Source: Candidatus Saccharimonadia bacterium
GTDB lineage: Bacteria > Patescibacteriota > Saccharimonadia > UBA4664
Length of the DNA stretch: 64,000 nucleotides
Reading direction: 5' to 3'
NCBI GenBank assembly: GCA_036488585.1
Contig: DASXHH010000002.1
Location: 12 to 64,011 of the forward strand
Under the pieces are notes generated by a model. It was not told the origin of the DNA, did not search any database, and saw only the letters and a program-made list of their open reading frames with translations. Made by a program: the position numbers and the translations under genes. Positions 8,242 to 17,367 of the stretch are shown here, in pieces; the stretch's first letter is position 1; every line of letters begins with the position of its first letter.

Positions 8242-9582
8242 CTAGTAGGCGAAGCGCTCGGTATGGATGAAATTGCGAGCCAAGCCGAGGTGCTCGAGGT
8301 TGGCGGTGACTGCGTCCATCATGGGAGCCGGCCCGCAGAGCATGACTTCGCGACTGGAAACGTCGGGTACGAGCGCGCGGAGGTTGGCCTGGTCGACGAC
8401 GCCGGTGGTGAAGCCGGCCACGGTTTCACCTGAAAGAAGGTAGTGAACGACGGCACCGCGACGGGCGGCCAGAGCCTCGATCTCGTCGCGCAGGGCTAGG
8501 TCGGCGCGAGTGCGGACAGCGTACAGCACCACCACATCTTGGATACCAGCTGGCAGTTGCTCAAGCATGGAGCGGATAGGCGTAATACCAGAGCCACCAG
8601 CGATTAATAGCGCCTTAGGCCGGGTGAGCCGGGCCGGTGTGAAGTGGCCGTGTGGACCGTCGATGGAGACCAAGGCACCAGGCTTGAGGCCGGAGAGCGA
8701 GCGTGTGAAATCTCCGACCTGTTTGGAGGTGAACCGCAGGTATCGGCCGTTGGGAGCGGTCGAAATGGAGAACGGGTGGGCTTGCCACCACAATTCCGGC
8801 GTTAAGAAGCGCCAGATTATGAACTGGCCGGGCTGGTACACGAGTTGTTCAAGATGGCGCCCGCTAACGTATACGGATAGCATGTCGGGCGTTTCGTGCA
8901 CGATTTTTTCGACTCGGAACTGGTGCTTATACACCAGGTATACGGGCCAAAGGAAGCGGAAGAAACCGATAGCACCGAACGCTAAAACGTAGAGCGAGAG
9001 CCAGAAGGCCTCGAACAGTCGCTGGCCAACGAAGTCTGACCCCACCGAGAGTTGGTGAGAAAACGCAAGCAGGATGGCGAGGTACGTAAACAGATGCACG
9101 TAGTACCAGGTTTCGTATTTGAGACCGCGGCGGACGATGCCGATGGATATAAAGACGATGCCGATGAGCAGAAGAGTGGCGATGGTGGCTTTAAGCACAT
9201 CGTTCCAGTTGAGCATGAAGTCGGAGAGCTGGGCCAAGATATTGAAATGGTTGAGGATGGCGTAACCCAGGGTGAGAAAGACGGCGTGCAGGATAATGAG
9301 GATAAGGGCCGAGTAGCCGTTCCATTTATGCAGCCAAGTGAGTTTTTCCATCCCGATCGTGTTTTCGAGCACGGGCAGGCGACTCAGTAGCACCACCTGC
9401 CACAGGATCTGGTAGGTGCCGATTAGGCCAGTGAGGTTACCGACGGCCAGCTCAACGGAGTAGAGCGCGGCGTGCGTGTCGTGGCCACTGGCATGCCACC
9501 AGAATGCCGCGATAATAACAATGCCGGCTGCATAGAGCCAGTACCAGAGTTGGCGACCGAGAGGGAATGTTCTAGGATTCAC
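8242..9582 (-). CDS. ferric-reductase/NOX-family membrane flavocytochrome (ferric reductase TM domain + FAD-binding + NAD(P)-binding)
   Basis: 446 aa; two bis-His heme-ligand pairs in TM helices (HKWNGYSALILIILH, HLFTYLAILLAFSH; 13-14 residue spacing); FAD motif 'HPFSIS'; NAD(P) motif 'LIAGGSGITP'; C-terminal 'CGPAPMM'. Confidence 0.8.
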   Translation of the reverse strand: MNPRTFPLGRQLWYWLYAAGIVIIAAFWWHASGHDTHAALYSVELAVGNLTGLIGTYQILWQVVLLSRLPVLENTIGMEKLTWLHKWNGYSALILIILHAVFLTLGYAILNHFNILAQLSDFMLNWNDVLKATIATLLLIGIVFISIGIVRRGLKYETWYYVHLFTYLAILLAFSHQLSVGSDFVGQRLFEAFWLSLYVLAFGAIGFFRFLWPVYLVYKHQFRVEKIVHETPDMLSVYVSGRHLEQLVYQPGQFIIWRFLTPELWWQAHPFSISTAPNGRYLRFTSKQVGDFTRSLSGLKPGALVSIDGPHGHFTPARLTRPKALLIAGGSGITPIRSMLEQLPAGIQDVVVLYAVRTRADLALRDEIEALAARRGAVVHYLLSGETVAGFTTGVVDQANLRALVPDVSSREVMLCGPAPMMDAVTANLEHLGLARNFIHTERFAY

Positions 9583-9637
9583 TTAGTTAGAGTAGCATGT
9601 GACCGCTGAGAAATGGCCAAGAAGGAGTTAAGAAAAG

Positions 9638-10195
9638 ATGGTTTCGTACCCGACATTACACGAGATAAAGGCCGCGGCAGATGAGTATTGGACGGCGTGG
9701 CAGGAACTTCTGGCGGCCCGGCCGGAGCTGCGGCAAGCGGTAGGGCAGCACTCGCCAACTGCGCTGGGCTGGAAGGTGGAGGGCGAGGTTTCGCCGCTAG
9801 AAGTGGCTGAGCGGCTATACGAACTGGGCGACCACGTATATATGGGGCCAGTGAACGGTGAGCGCGCAATCCTTACCATCCAGAAGCCACAGGCGGTGGC
9901 GCTTGATACACTCCAGGCGATTAAGGTGTTGCAGCGGCGGCCAAGCCGGCCAGAGGATCAACTAGGGCCGGATAGCCTGGACTTGCATCTACCGCACGGT
10001 GTGCCGGGGCTAGAAACCGTTCAGAAGTCTCTATACGGTTCCGGGGCCAAGGCTGAGCACGAGCACAATGAATTTTACCGGTGGTTATCTGTGAAGTACA
10101 AGAAATACGAGTTTAAACTCCAGGATCACACGCTGTGGGAGATATGCGCCAAAGAAGCGGCGCGAGTGTTAGGCGCCGACCTGACTATTGCTTGA
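9638..10195 (+). CDS. hypothetical protein
   Basis: 185-aa ORF; no recognisable motif. Confidence 0.5.
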   Translation: MVSYPTLHEIKAAADEYWTAWQELLAARPELRQAVGQHSPTALGWKVEGEVSPLEVAERLYELGDHVYMGPVNGERAILTIQKPQAVALDTLQAIKVLQRRPSRPEDQLGPDSLDLHLPHGVPGLETVQKSLYGSGAKAEHEHNEFYRWLSVKYKKYEFKLQDHTLWEICAKEAARVLGADLTIA

Positions 10196-10832
10196 GGGCA
10201 GCGTTAACGGCGTCGCGAAGGGTGGCATAGTCGTAACCGCCTTGGAGCTGAGTGCCGTTGAGGTAGAAGGTAGGCGTGGCGTTGATGCCGAGTGCATTAC
10301 CGTCAGCCATGTCTTGCGCGATGACCTGCTTGAACTGCTCGTCGTCGATGGCCTTCTTGAACTTGTCGGTGTCGAGGCCGAGGTCTTTGGCGTAACCAAC
10401 GATCTTGCTTTCGGCATCGGTGCCGTTTAACTCACCCCAGTCCTTCTGATTTTCGTATAGCTTGTCATGCATTTCCCAGTACTTACCCTGGTCGCCGGCA
10501 GCCTCGGCAGCTTCGGCGCCGAGCATGGCGTTTTGGTGGATCTGGGTAAGCGGGAAGTTGCGGAAATAGAGCGTAACCTTGCCGTTGTAGTCCTTCATGA
10601 GCTGCTTAACGTTTGGATAGGCGGCGCCGCAGGCCGGGCACTGGTAATCGCCGAACTCCACAAGTTGAACGGAGCCGGAGCCGGTTTTGTGCGAATTATC
10701 GCGAATAATTTTTGAGGCGTCGCCTTTGGGCGCAGGTGTGTTGTCGGGCTTGTTGGCGAGTGCGAACACGCCGATCATGGCTCCGACTACGACGATCAGA
10801 ATGGCGGTAAGAATTTTGGCTTCCTTGGACAC
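10185..10832 (-). CDS. DsbA-family thiol:disulfide oxidoreductase (membrane-anchored thioredoxin fold)
   Basis: 215 aa; N-terminal TM anchor; 'EFGDYQCPACGAAYP' CxxC active site; 'GINATPTFYLNG' cis-Pro loop region. Confidence 0.75.
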   Translation of the reverse strand: MSKEAKILTAILIVVVGAMIGVFALANKPDNTPAPKGDASKIIRDNSHKTGSGSVQLVEFGDYQCPACGAAYPNVKQLMKDYNGKVTLYFRNFPLTQIHQNAMLGAEAAEAAGDQGKYWEMHDKLYENQKDWGELNGTDAESKIVGYAKDLGLDTDKFKKAIDDEQFKQVIAQDMADGNALGINATPTFYLNGTQLQGGYDYATLRDAVNAALKQ

Positions 10833-10907
10833 GAGTAAACTCCTAGTACGAATTAAGCATACATGATTGTGAACAGCTTGGGCTGAGAAATTGCACGGGC
10901 GCCGTAA

Positions 10908-12125
10908 TTATTCCCAGCTGAAAACTTTGACAGCGATGACACCAGAGATGACAGCCCAAACGAGCAGGCCGAGGAGGTCGCCACGGACGGCCCAGAGCGA
11001 GGCGTTATCGTTGGCGACGTGGCGCAGAGCATCGGCGAGGTATGTGAGCGGCAGGAAGCCGGTAATGACGCCTAGCAAATGCGGGAAGCTGTCGCGCGGG
11101 AAGAAGGTGCCGGATAGGAACATCATCGGGAATTGGATGAGCTGGGCGACGGGTTGGGCCTGGTCTTCGTTTTTGGCCCAGCCGGCGATGGCGAAGCCGA
11201 TTTCTTGGAAGACGGCGCTACCGATGAGGGCCAGAACGCCAAAGGCCAGCCAGTTGGCAGGGTCGAGATGGAAACCGAAGAACAGGATGCCGATGGTGGC
11301 TAGGAGCAGGGTTTGTACCATGCCCATTATGAGGCGGGTGAGACCCTGAGCGCCCAGGAACATGCCGGGGTGAATGGGTGTGGCTTGGAGGCGACGGAGC
11401 ATGCCGGTGGTCTTGTACGAAACGAAGGCGAAGGCGACCGAGAAAATGCCGATCTGCATAATGGAGAGGCCGATCATGCCAGGCAGCAGGAAGTCGATGT
11501 AGGTGAGGTTTTTGGTTTTAACACCGGAGGCGTCGACCGAAACGATGCGCGGCGCGCCGGTGAGCTGGTCGTTCATGGAGCTAGTGATCTGCTGCAGGAT
11601 TTGTGCGGCGGCCTGGCCGTTACCTGGGCGTTCCTCGTTGTAGTGGGCGGTAACCTTAGCGGGAACGGGGACGCCGTTTTGGATTTGGCCAAAGCCAGAC
11701 GGGATGGTAACGGTGAGGTCGGCATCACCTTTGTCAAGATCGGTGGCGGCCTGGTCGGTAGTCGTGTCGGTAATCTTGAAGGCGGAAACGTCTTTTAGCG
11801 CTTGCTCAAACCGGACGGCCAATTGAGTGTGCGATTGGTTGACCATGTCGATCTTGAAGGACGCGCTGTTGTTCTTGAAGATCAGGCCGAAAACGGTGAT
11901 GAATACCATGGGGAAGAAGAGCGAGAAGAAGATGGCGGTGCGGTTGCGGAAATACATTTTGAGCGAGGCCACGGTGAGGCCCTTGAACGCAGCGTAACCG
12001 CGGTTTTTGATAAGGCGGCGGCGGGACTTGGTGGCCGCAGCCTGGCGGCGGCTGGCAGTGAGCCGCCAACCCACGCGGGCGAGCACCAGCACGGCGACGG
12101 TGATCCAGATAAGGTTGGCCTTCAT
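10908..12125 (-). CDS. ABC-2 type transporter permease
   Basis: 405 aa, N-terminal TM + large extracytoplasmic loop + five C-terminal TM helices; start overlaps ATPase stop. Confidence 0.75.
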   Translation of the reverse strand: MKANLIWITVAVLVLARVGWRLTASRRQAAATKSRRRLIKNRGYAAFKGLTVASLKMYFRNRTAIFFSLFFPMVFITVFGLIFKNNSASFKIDMVNQSHTQLAVRFEQALKDVSAFKITDTTTDQAATDLDKGDADLTVTIPSGFGQIQNGVPVPAKVTAHYNEERPGNGQAAAQILQQITSSMNDQLTGAPRIVSVDASGVKTKNLTYIDFLLPGMIGLSIMQIGIFSVAFAFVSYKTTGMLRRLQATPIHPGMFLGAQGLTRLIMGMVQTLLLATIGILFFGFHLDPANWLAFGVLALIGSAVFQEIGFAIAGWAKNEDQAQPVAQLIQFPMMFLSGTFFPRDSFPHLLGVITGFLPLTYLADALRHVANDNASLWAVRGDLLGLLVWAVISGVIAVKVFSWE

Positions 12126-12886
12126 TAGTCCCTGAGCTCCTTTCCGGTGAGGTCGATGAAGACGTCTTCGAGGGTGGCGGCTTGGACCTTGGTGTGAGGC
12201 TTAAAACCTCGGCCGAGGAGTTGCTTAATGAGGTTATCGGGAGTGTCGAGGGCGATTATTTTGCCCTCGTCCATGATGGCAACGCGGTCACACAGCACCT
12301 GAGCTTCCTCCATGTAGTGGGTGGTGAGGATGACCGTGGTCCCCTTCTTTTGGATTTGGCTCACTAGATCCCAGAGATTGCGGCGGGCTTGCGGGTCGAG
12401 GCCGGTAGTGGGCTCATCGAGGAATATGGCAATCGGCTTGTTAACCAGGGTGGTGGCGATACTGAACCGCTGGCGCTGGCCGCCCGACAGCTCTTTGGCG
12501 GCGGCATGGGCCTTGTCTTCAAGTCCCACCTCTCGTAGCAATTCCATGGCATCGGAAGATTCGGCATAGAGATCGTTAAACAGGCGCAGCAGCTCAATTA
12601 GCTGGAGGTTTGGGAAGAAGGCCGAGGATTGGAGCTGGATGCCGATGCGCTCTTTGACTTGATAGGCTTTTTTGCGCACATCAAGCCCGTCGAGCATAAT
12701 GGTGCCGCTGGTGATGGAACGTAGGCCCTCGATCATTTCCAGGGTAGTGGTTTTGCCGGCGCCGTTGGGACCGAGAATTCCGAAGACCTCCCCTTTTTTA
12801 ACGCTAAAGCTTAAGCCTTTAACGGCCTCAAAGCCGTCGTCGTATTGTTTGCGTAGATCAGTAACTTCGAGAATAGTGGTCGGCAT
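12125..12886 (-). CDS. ABC transporter ATP-binding protein
   Basis: 253 aa; Walker A 'GPNGAGKTT', signature 'LSGGQRQRFSIA', Walker B 'IFLDEPTTGLD'. Confidence 0.85.
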   Translation of the reverse strand: MPTTILEVTDLRKQYDDGFEAVKGLSFSVKKGEVFGILGPNGAGKTTTLEMIEGLRSITSGTIMLDGLDVRKKAYQVKERIGIQLQSSAFFPNLQLIELLRLFNDLYAESSDAMELLREVGLEDKAHAAAKELSGGQRQRFSIATTLVNKPIAIFLDEPTTGLDPQARRNLWDLVSQIQKKGTTVILTTHYMEEAQVLCDRVAIMDEGKIIALDTPDNLIKQLLGRGFKPHTKVQAATLEDVFIDLTGKELRD

Positions 12887-12917
12887 AACGGGTACAGCTT
12901 ACCATGGCAAAAGCAAA

Positions 12918-12950
12918 CCAAAAAGGCCGCTAAGAGTGCGGCCTTTTTGG
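12918..12950. terminator. bidirectional intrinsic terminator
   Basis: AAAAA-GGCCGC-taagagt-GCGGCC-TTTTT; sits immediately downstream of the small minus-strand ORF 12966-13163. Confidence 0.5.
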
Positions 12951-12965
12951 TTAGATACGGCAGGT

Positions 12966-13163
12966 TTAGCCCTTCTTCAAAACGAGCAGACCCGTGCGCG
13001 GGTTCTCCACGGACACGTATCCGGCCGGCATCATGTCAACGGCGCCGTCGCGGACATCGCGGGCGAAGAAGTAGATGCGCTGCAAGCGCCCGCCTTTAAG
13101 CGTTACGTCCTTCATATGAAGGTAGTACTGCTGTCCTTTGGAGTTGGTTTGGGAATATGCCAT
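12966..13163 (-). CDS. small hypothetical protein (65 aa)
   Basis: Short ORF with its own downstream terminator hairpin; no recognisable family. Confidence 0.35.
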   Translation of the reverse strand: MAYSQTNSKGQQYYLHMKDVTLKGGRLQRIYFFARDVRDGAVDMMPAGYVSVENPRTGLLVLKKG

Positions 13164-13443
13164 ACAAATTCCTACTTAATTATCTTACCTGTTATTATGC
13201 TTATGCTATATCTGTTGTCAACGACTTTTTATCTTAAGAAACGAAGAAATTTGAGCGTTTGCTCGAATTTGAACTCGATTAGATATAGTTCCGACAGGTT
13301 TTCATTTTTTATTAATTCAATGCTGGCAGGTACTTATCAACACGAGTATTGCTCGTTTTCCACAGGTTAAGCGTCCGACGGACAAGGCCCACCTTTGACA
13401 TAAGACTGCCGAGAAGGGACTATTGTATTAATTAAGCATAAGA

Positions 13444-14139
13444 ATGATGAATCATCAGCTGCTCCAATACATATCATTTGCTAGAAGCAAAAAAATGAGC
13501 GACGAGGATATAAGGTCCAATTTGGTATCCGCCGGTTGGTTGGCGCAGAAGGTAGACGAGGCGCTGAAGGGCGGCGATAAAGCCCTGCTCGTGCCTCCAC
13601 CGCCGCCGCCGAGTGCCGGATCCCCGGTGGCGGGCAGCACTCAACAGCCGATCGCAGTGGTATCTCAGCGCACAACCCGGGGTCTGGAGTACGTCATCAT
13701 GTTCCTGGCGCTGGGAGTAACGGCGATTTCGCTGGGTGAAGTGCTCCACAGTATTGTGGATGAGAGCTTTGGCAACACTAGCAGCTTCGAGGGGCTGGTG
13801 TCGTACGCAACGTCGGCGCTGATTGTGGCGTTGCCGATTTTTGCGATTTTATTCTTGCGGCTGAAGAAGGCTGAGCAAGGTGACGCAAACTTGAGGCGGG
13901 ATTCATCGCGACGGCACGCGGTGCAGCTAACCCTGATCGTGGCGTTTTTGTGGGGGTTGTTCCGCTTGGTGACCTACATTTATAGTCTGCTGAACGGTGG
14001 CCTAAGTAATTCGATCGGGGGCGGTGGCGGAACGGTTTCCCCGGTGGCTAATTTCCTGCACGCTTTGATTACGGTTGCGATCGCCGGTGGCATCTTTGCC
14101 TACTATTGGACAGATGAGCACCACAAGGGACAAGAATAA
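13444..14139 (+). CDS. hypothetical membrane protein (poly-Pro linker, about four TM helices)
   Basis: 231 aa; 'PPPPPPSAGSP' linker then hydrophobic helices; preceded by 280-nt AT-rich intergenic region. Confidence 0.55.
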   Translation: MMNHQLLQYISFARSKKMSDEDIRSNLVSAGWLAQKVDEALKGGDKALLVPPPPPPSAGSPVAGSTQQPIAVVSQRTTRGLEYVIMFLALGVTAISLGEVLHSIVDESFGNTSSFEGLVSYATSALIVALPIFAILFLRLKKAEQGDANLRRDSSRRHAVQLTLIVAFLWGLFRLVTYIYSLLNGGLSNSIGGGGGTVSPVANFLHALITVAIAGGIFAYYWTDEHHKGQE

Positions 14140-14594
14140 TGAAACGGTATTACATCTTCATTGGCCTGCTGGTGCTAGTGGCGGTGGCGGCAACTGTTGC
14201 TCAGTCATTCATGGGCAGGAGCGTAAAGACTGACCAGGGCCTAACCCAAAACATCTCAGATTTTGATACCACAATCCAAGACTATGCCCTGGCACACAAT
14301 GCCCTACCGCAGTCTAACCAGGTGCCGGTACCGGGAGACGTGGCTTACTCGGTAACCGGGCGGGAGGCCTACGAACTATGCGGCACGTTTTTGACCGAGA
14401 ACCGTGATCCTAACCCTAGCGCCAACGTGAATGTGCCGGGTACGATCGACGCCACCTATCACGGCAAGGGCTATCAGTGCTTTAACGGCTCAGTGTCGCT
14501 GCCCAATACGGTGATTGAGCCGGCCCCGAAACCAAGCGTGACCCCAACAGTGCGCCCGATCATTCAGACGACGCCACAAGGAGCGGGTAACTAA
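14139..14594 (+). CDS. hypothetical membrane-anchored/secreted protein
   Basis: 151 aa; N-terminal signal-anchor; start overlaps preceding stop (ATGA). Confidence 0.5.
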   Translation: MKRYYIFIGLLVLVAVAATVAQSFMGRSVKTDQGLTQNISDFDTTIQDYALAHNALPQSNQVPVPGDVAYSVTGREAYELCGTFLTENRDPNPSANVNVPGTIDATYHGKGYQCFNGSVSLPNTVIEPAPKPSVTPTVRPIIQTTPQGAGN

Positions 14595-14902
14595 ACGTCG
14601 GCGAAGAGCGTAATATTGTCGTGATCCACGCGAATAATGCCGCGGGCGATTTGAAACTCCAGACGTTGAAAGCCGGTGTTTAGGACCACGGTGCCGCCGG
14701 TGAGGAGTGAGAAGAAGTTGATGTGGCCGGCCAGGATATCGAAGGGACCGGTGCGGTTGGCGGCACTCACACTCACGGCCTCGCCTTCGTAGTAGGTTTG
14801 ATACGGGCTGATAATGCGGATCTTGAAGCGGTTTTTGAGCTTTTTTCCGTCGTCGACTTTCTGGGCTGCACCATAGGTACCGCCGGAGGTGGTGATGGCC
14901 AT
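14591..14902 (-). CDS. atpC: F0F1 ATP synthase subunit epsilon (short form, beta-sandwich domain only)
   Basis: 103 aa directly downstream of atpD with overlapping stop/start; 'KIRIISPYQTYYEGEA…GPFDILAGHINFFSLLTGGTVVL…ITLFADV' resembles the epsilon N-terminal domain. Confidence 0.6.
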   Translation of the reverse strand: MAITTSGGTYGAAQKVDDGKKLKNRFKIRIISPYQTYYEGEAVSVSAANRTGPFDILAGHINFFSLLTGGTVVLNTGFQRLEFQIARGIIRVDHDNITLFADV

Positions 14903-16353
14903 TAGATGAGGATCTCTTCGATCCCGCTCAGGGTTTGCTCGCGGCTAAAGTAAGCGCCGGGGATGCCGTTGAGCTTTTCGGTGACGAAGAAGGTCTGCGA
15001 GAAAAATTCGATGAGTTTTTTGGCCTTCTGGTAGTCGGCGCGATCCTGGGGGCTAAGCTCGTTTTCACCGATGATAGCGATAATGTTTTTGAGCGAGTCG
15101 TATTTCTGCATGATGGCCTGCACCTGGGTGACAAGCAGATAGTGGCGGTCGCCAACGACTTCGGGCGTGACGAGCGAGGAGCTGGTCCTAATGAGATCGA
15201 CGGCCGGGCGGATGCCCATTTCAGCCACCTGACGGGAGAGCACGATGACGGAGTCGATTTGTGAACTAATTTCTTGTACAGCGGGGTCGGTGAGGTCGTC
15301 GGCCGGGACGTATATGGTCTCGACGGCGGTAATGGAGCCGTTGGCGTTGGAATAGAGGCGGTCCTGGAAACGCTTGAGGTCGGAGAAGATGGTAGCCTGG
15401 TAACCACCCTCAGACGGAATCTGGCCCATCATAGTAGAGAGCTCATTACCGGCCTGGATGTGGCGGTAGACGTTGTCGACGAAGAACAGGATGTCTTTTT
15501 TCTCCTCGTCTCTGAAGTACTCGGCGAGAGTGGTGGCTGACAAGCCGACAATGGCGCGCATAGCCGGATTCTCGTTCATCTGGCCGTAGAACATGGCGGT
15601 GGACTTGAGCATGTCGCGCTCTTTAAGCGTTTCGTACAGCTCGTGGCCCTCACGGATGCGCTCACCGATACCGGCGAAGAAGGCGAGTTTGGATGGGTCC
15701 TTACCGACGTTGTTGATGATCTCCATAATGAGAACGGTTTTGCCAACACCGGCGCCGCCGATGATGCCGATCTTGCGACCTTTAACGAACGGGGTGAAGA
15801 AGTCGAGTACTTTGATGCCAGTTTCGAGCAGCTCATCCTTGTTGCCGAAGAGCTGGTTGGAGGAGGCGTCGGTGTATATACTGCGGCGCGGGACGTCGGG
15901 GCCCTGCTCGGGGCCGTGATCGGCGGCCTGGCCCACCGCGTTGTAGAGGCGACCGAGGGCCTTAGCACCGGTGGGGACCGCAATGGTGGTCCCTGTGGAG
16001 ACGACTTTGGCGCCGCGCTTGACCTCGGGGCTGACGACGAAGGCGATGCAAATAGCGTCGCGGCGGTCGTTGTAGGAGTTGACCTCGAGCATGATATCGG
16101 GGTGACCCTCGATGGAGAGGACCTCGCGTAGGGGTGGGCGCTCGTTGCCCGGGAAGGCTACTTCTACGATGAGGCCGCGTATGGATACAATGTGGCCGGT
16201 AAAGCCGGTGCCGGCTTTACGAGTGGGAGCTGTCTCGGCCGGTGCCGGCGGGACGGGAGGAGTGGTTACAGCCGAAGTTTCGGCCGCCGTAGCCTGAGCC
16301 GGGGTCGCTGATGCGGTACTGGGTGGCGCGGTTTTGGCCGCTATTTCTGCCAT
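14902..16353 (-). CDS. atpD: F0F1 ATP synthase subunit beta with about 50-aa Ala/Pro/Thr-rich N-terminal extension
   Basis: 483 aa; Walker A 'GGAGVGKTVLIMEIINNV', 'GERIREG', 'DNVYRHIQAGNELS', 'DDLTDPA' all match F1-beta. Confidence 0.9.
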   Translation of the reverse strand: MAEIAAKTAPPSTASATPAQATAAETSAVTTPPVPPAPAETAPTRKAGTGFTGHIVSIRGLIVEVAFPGNERPPLREVLSIEGHPDIMLEVNSYNDRRDAICIAFVVSPEVKRGAKVVSTGTTIAVPTGAKALGRLYNAVGQAADHGPEQGPDVPRRSIYTDASSNQLFGNKDELLETGIKVLDFFTPFVKGRKIGIIGGAGVGKTVLIMEIINNVGKDPSKLAFFAGIGERIREGHELYETLKERDMLKSTAMFYGQMNENPAMRAIVGLSATTLAEYFRDEEKKDILFFVDNVYRHIQAGNELSTMMGQIPSEGGYQATIFSDLKRFQDRLYSNANGSITAVETIYVPADDLTDPAVQEISSQIDSVIVLSRQVAEMGIRPAVDLIRTSSSLVTPEVVGDRHYLLVTQVQAIMQKYDSLKNIIAIIGENELSPQDRADYQKAKKLIEFFSQTFFVTEKLNGIPGAYFSREQTLSGIEEILI

Positions 16354-16475
16354 CTCACCTCTAAGCGCTAATGGTTATATTCTACAGTATTAGCAGGAGA
16401 GAGTGCCAGTGACACTGGGGGGAGGATAGAACAAACCCCTGCCCCGGCGCTGGGCGCAGGGTCAGGGGCGATTGG

Positions 16476-17282
16476 TTAGAAACCAGGGAGCCGGGGGTAC
16501 TTATCGACGATAGCGCGCAGATCAGCTTCGGTGTATCTGGCGCGGTCGATGCGGGTCCACTCGTTGGGCGAGAGATTGGGCTGCCAGGGACAGACGGAGC
16601 GCATCCAGTCAAGGCGGCCACTGAGCTCGTGGGTCCAGGGGTCGCGCCGGGTGTACTGAATGATCTGGCAGTTATGGATGCGGTCGTGAGGAACAGTGGA
16701 GGCATCCAACTGGGCGTATCGCTCCAGTGTCATCCGCTCGATTAGGTAGCGGTAGCCCCACATCACCTCGCCGTGACAGACCACCAGCACATTCATGCTG
16801 CTACATTCGCGATCGAGGGTGCCAAAGAGCCGGTCGAGGCGCAGGGTCAGCTGAGCCATGGATTCTCCGTTCGGGGGAATCCACGAGAACGGATCGGTCT
16901 GCTTGCGCTCCATCGAATCCCGGTAGCGAGTCAGGCGCTCTTCATGGGACAGGGTGTCTAGGTCGCCCCATTCACGCTCGCGCAGCCTCACCTCGCGGTA
17001 CCAGGGCGGCCCCTGAGTGCCAAGTAGTGAGGCCGTTTCGAGAGCGCGGATGTGATCGGAGACGTAGCGGCGGTCGAAGTAACCCAGCTGGTTGGCATTA
17101 AGCCATTCGCCAGCCGACTCGGCCTGCGTGACGCCCTTGGTTGAAAGCCGGTATTGCCAGCCCAAACGCTTCTTGTACTCGGGGGTGAAGAGGCTGAGGT
17201 CGCCCTGTCTCGAGGCCTTTGAGGCCACATTGCCTTCAGACTGGCCGTGGCGTACGAAGACGAGATTGATCGGCATGGCCAT
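16476..17282 (-). CDS. histidine phosphatase superfamily protein (phosphoglycerate-mutase-like, branch 1)
   Basis: 'LVFVRHGQSEGN' RHG catalytic motif; start set at internal ATG 17282 (RBS AAAGGGG upstream; longest ORF begins at 17330); located between atpG and atpD. Confidence 0.7.
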   Translation of the reverse strand: MAMPINLVFVRHGQSEGNVASKASRQGDLSLFTPEYKKRLGWQYRLSTKGVTQAESAGEWLNANQLGYFDRRYVSDHIRALETASLLGTQGPPWYREVRLREREWGDLDTLSHEERLTRYRDSMERKQTDPFSWIPPNGESMAQLTLRLDRLFGTLDRECSSMNVLVVCHGEVMWGYRYLIERMTLERYAQLDASTVPHDRIHNCQIIQYTRRDPWTHELSGRLDWMRSVCPWQPNLSPNEWTRIDRARYTEADLRAIVDKYPRLPGF

Positions 17283-17367
17283 TGAAGACCACCCCTTTCT
17301 GGTTGGGAATAGGTGCACACCTGCTAACATTATACCAGACTGTAATAATAGCCTCTTGTAAATAGGC

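Noticed and set aside
12672-13370. 232-aa plus-strand ORF spanning the ABC ATPase start, the small ORF and the AT-rich intergenic region
   Set aside because: Runs antisense through two better-supported genes and a terminator hairpin; translation is low-complexity; likely spurious.
13164-13443. 280-nt AT-rich intergenic region considered as possible ncRNA or riboswitch
   Set aside because: No recognisable riboswitch consensus or strong conserved stem-loops seen by eye; more likely promoter and regulatory DNA for the divergent flanking genes.
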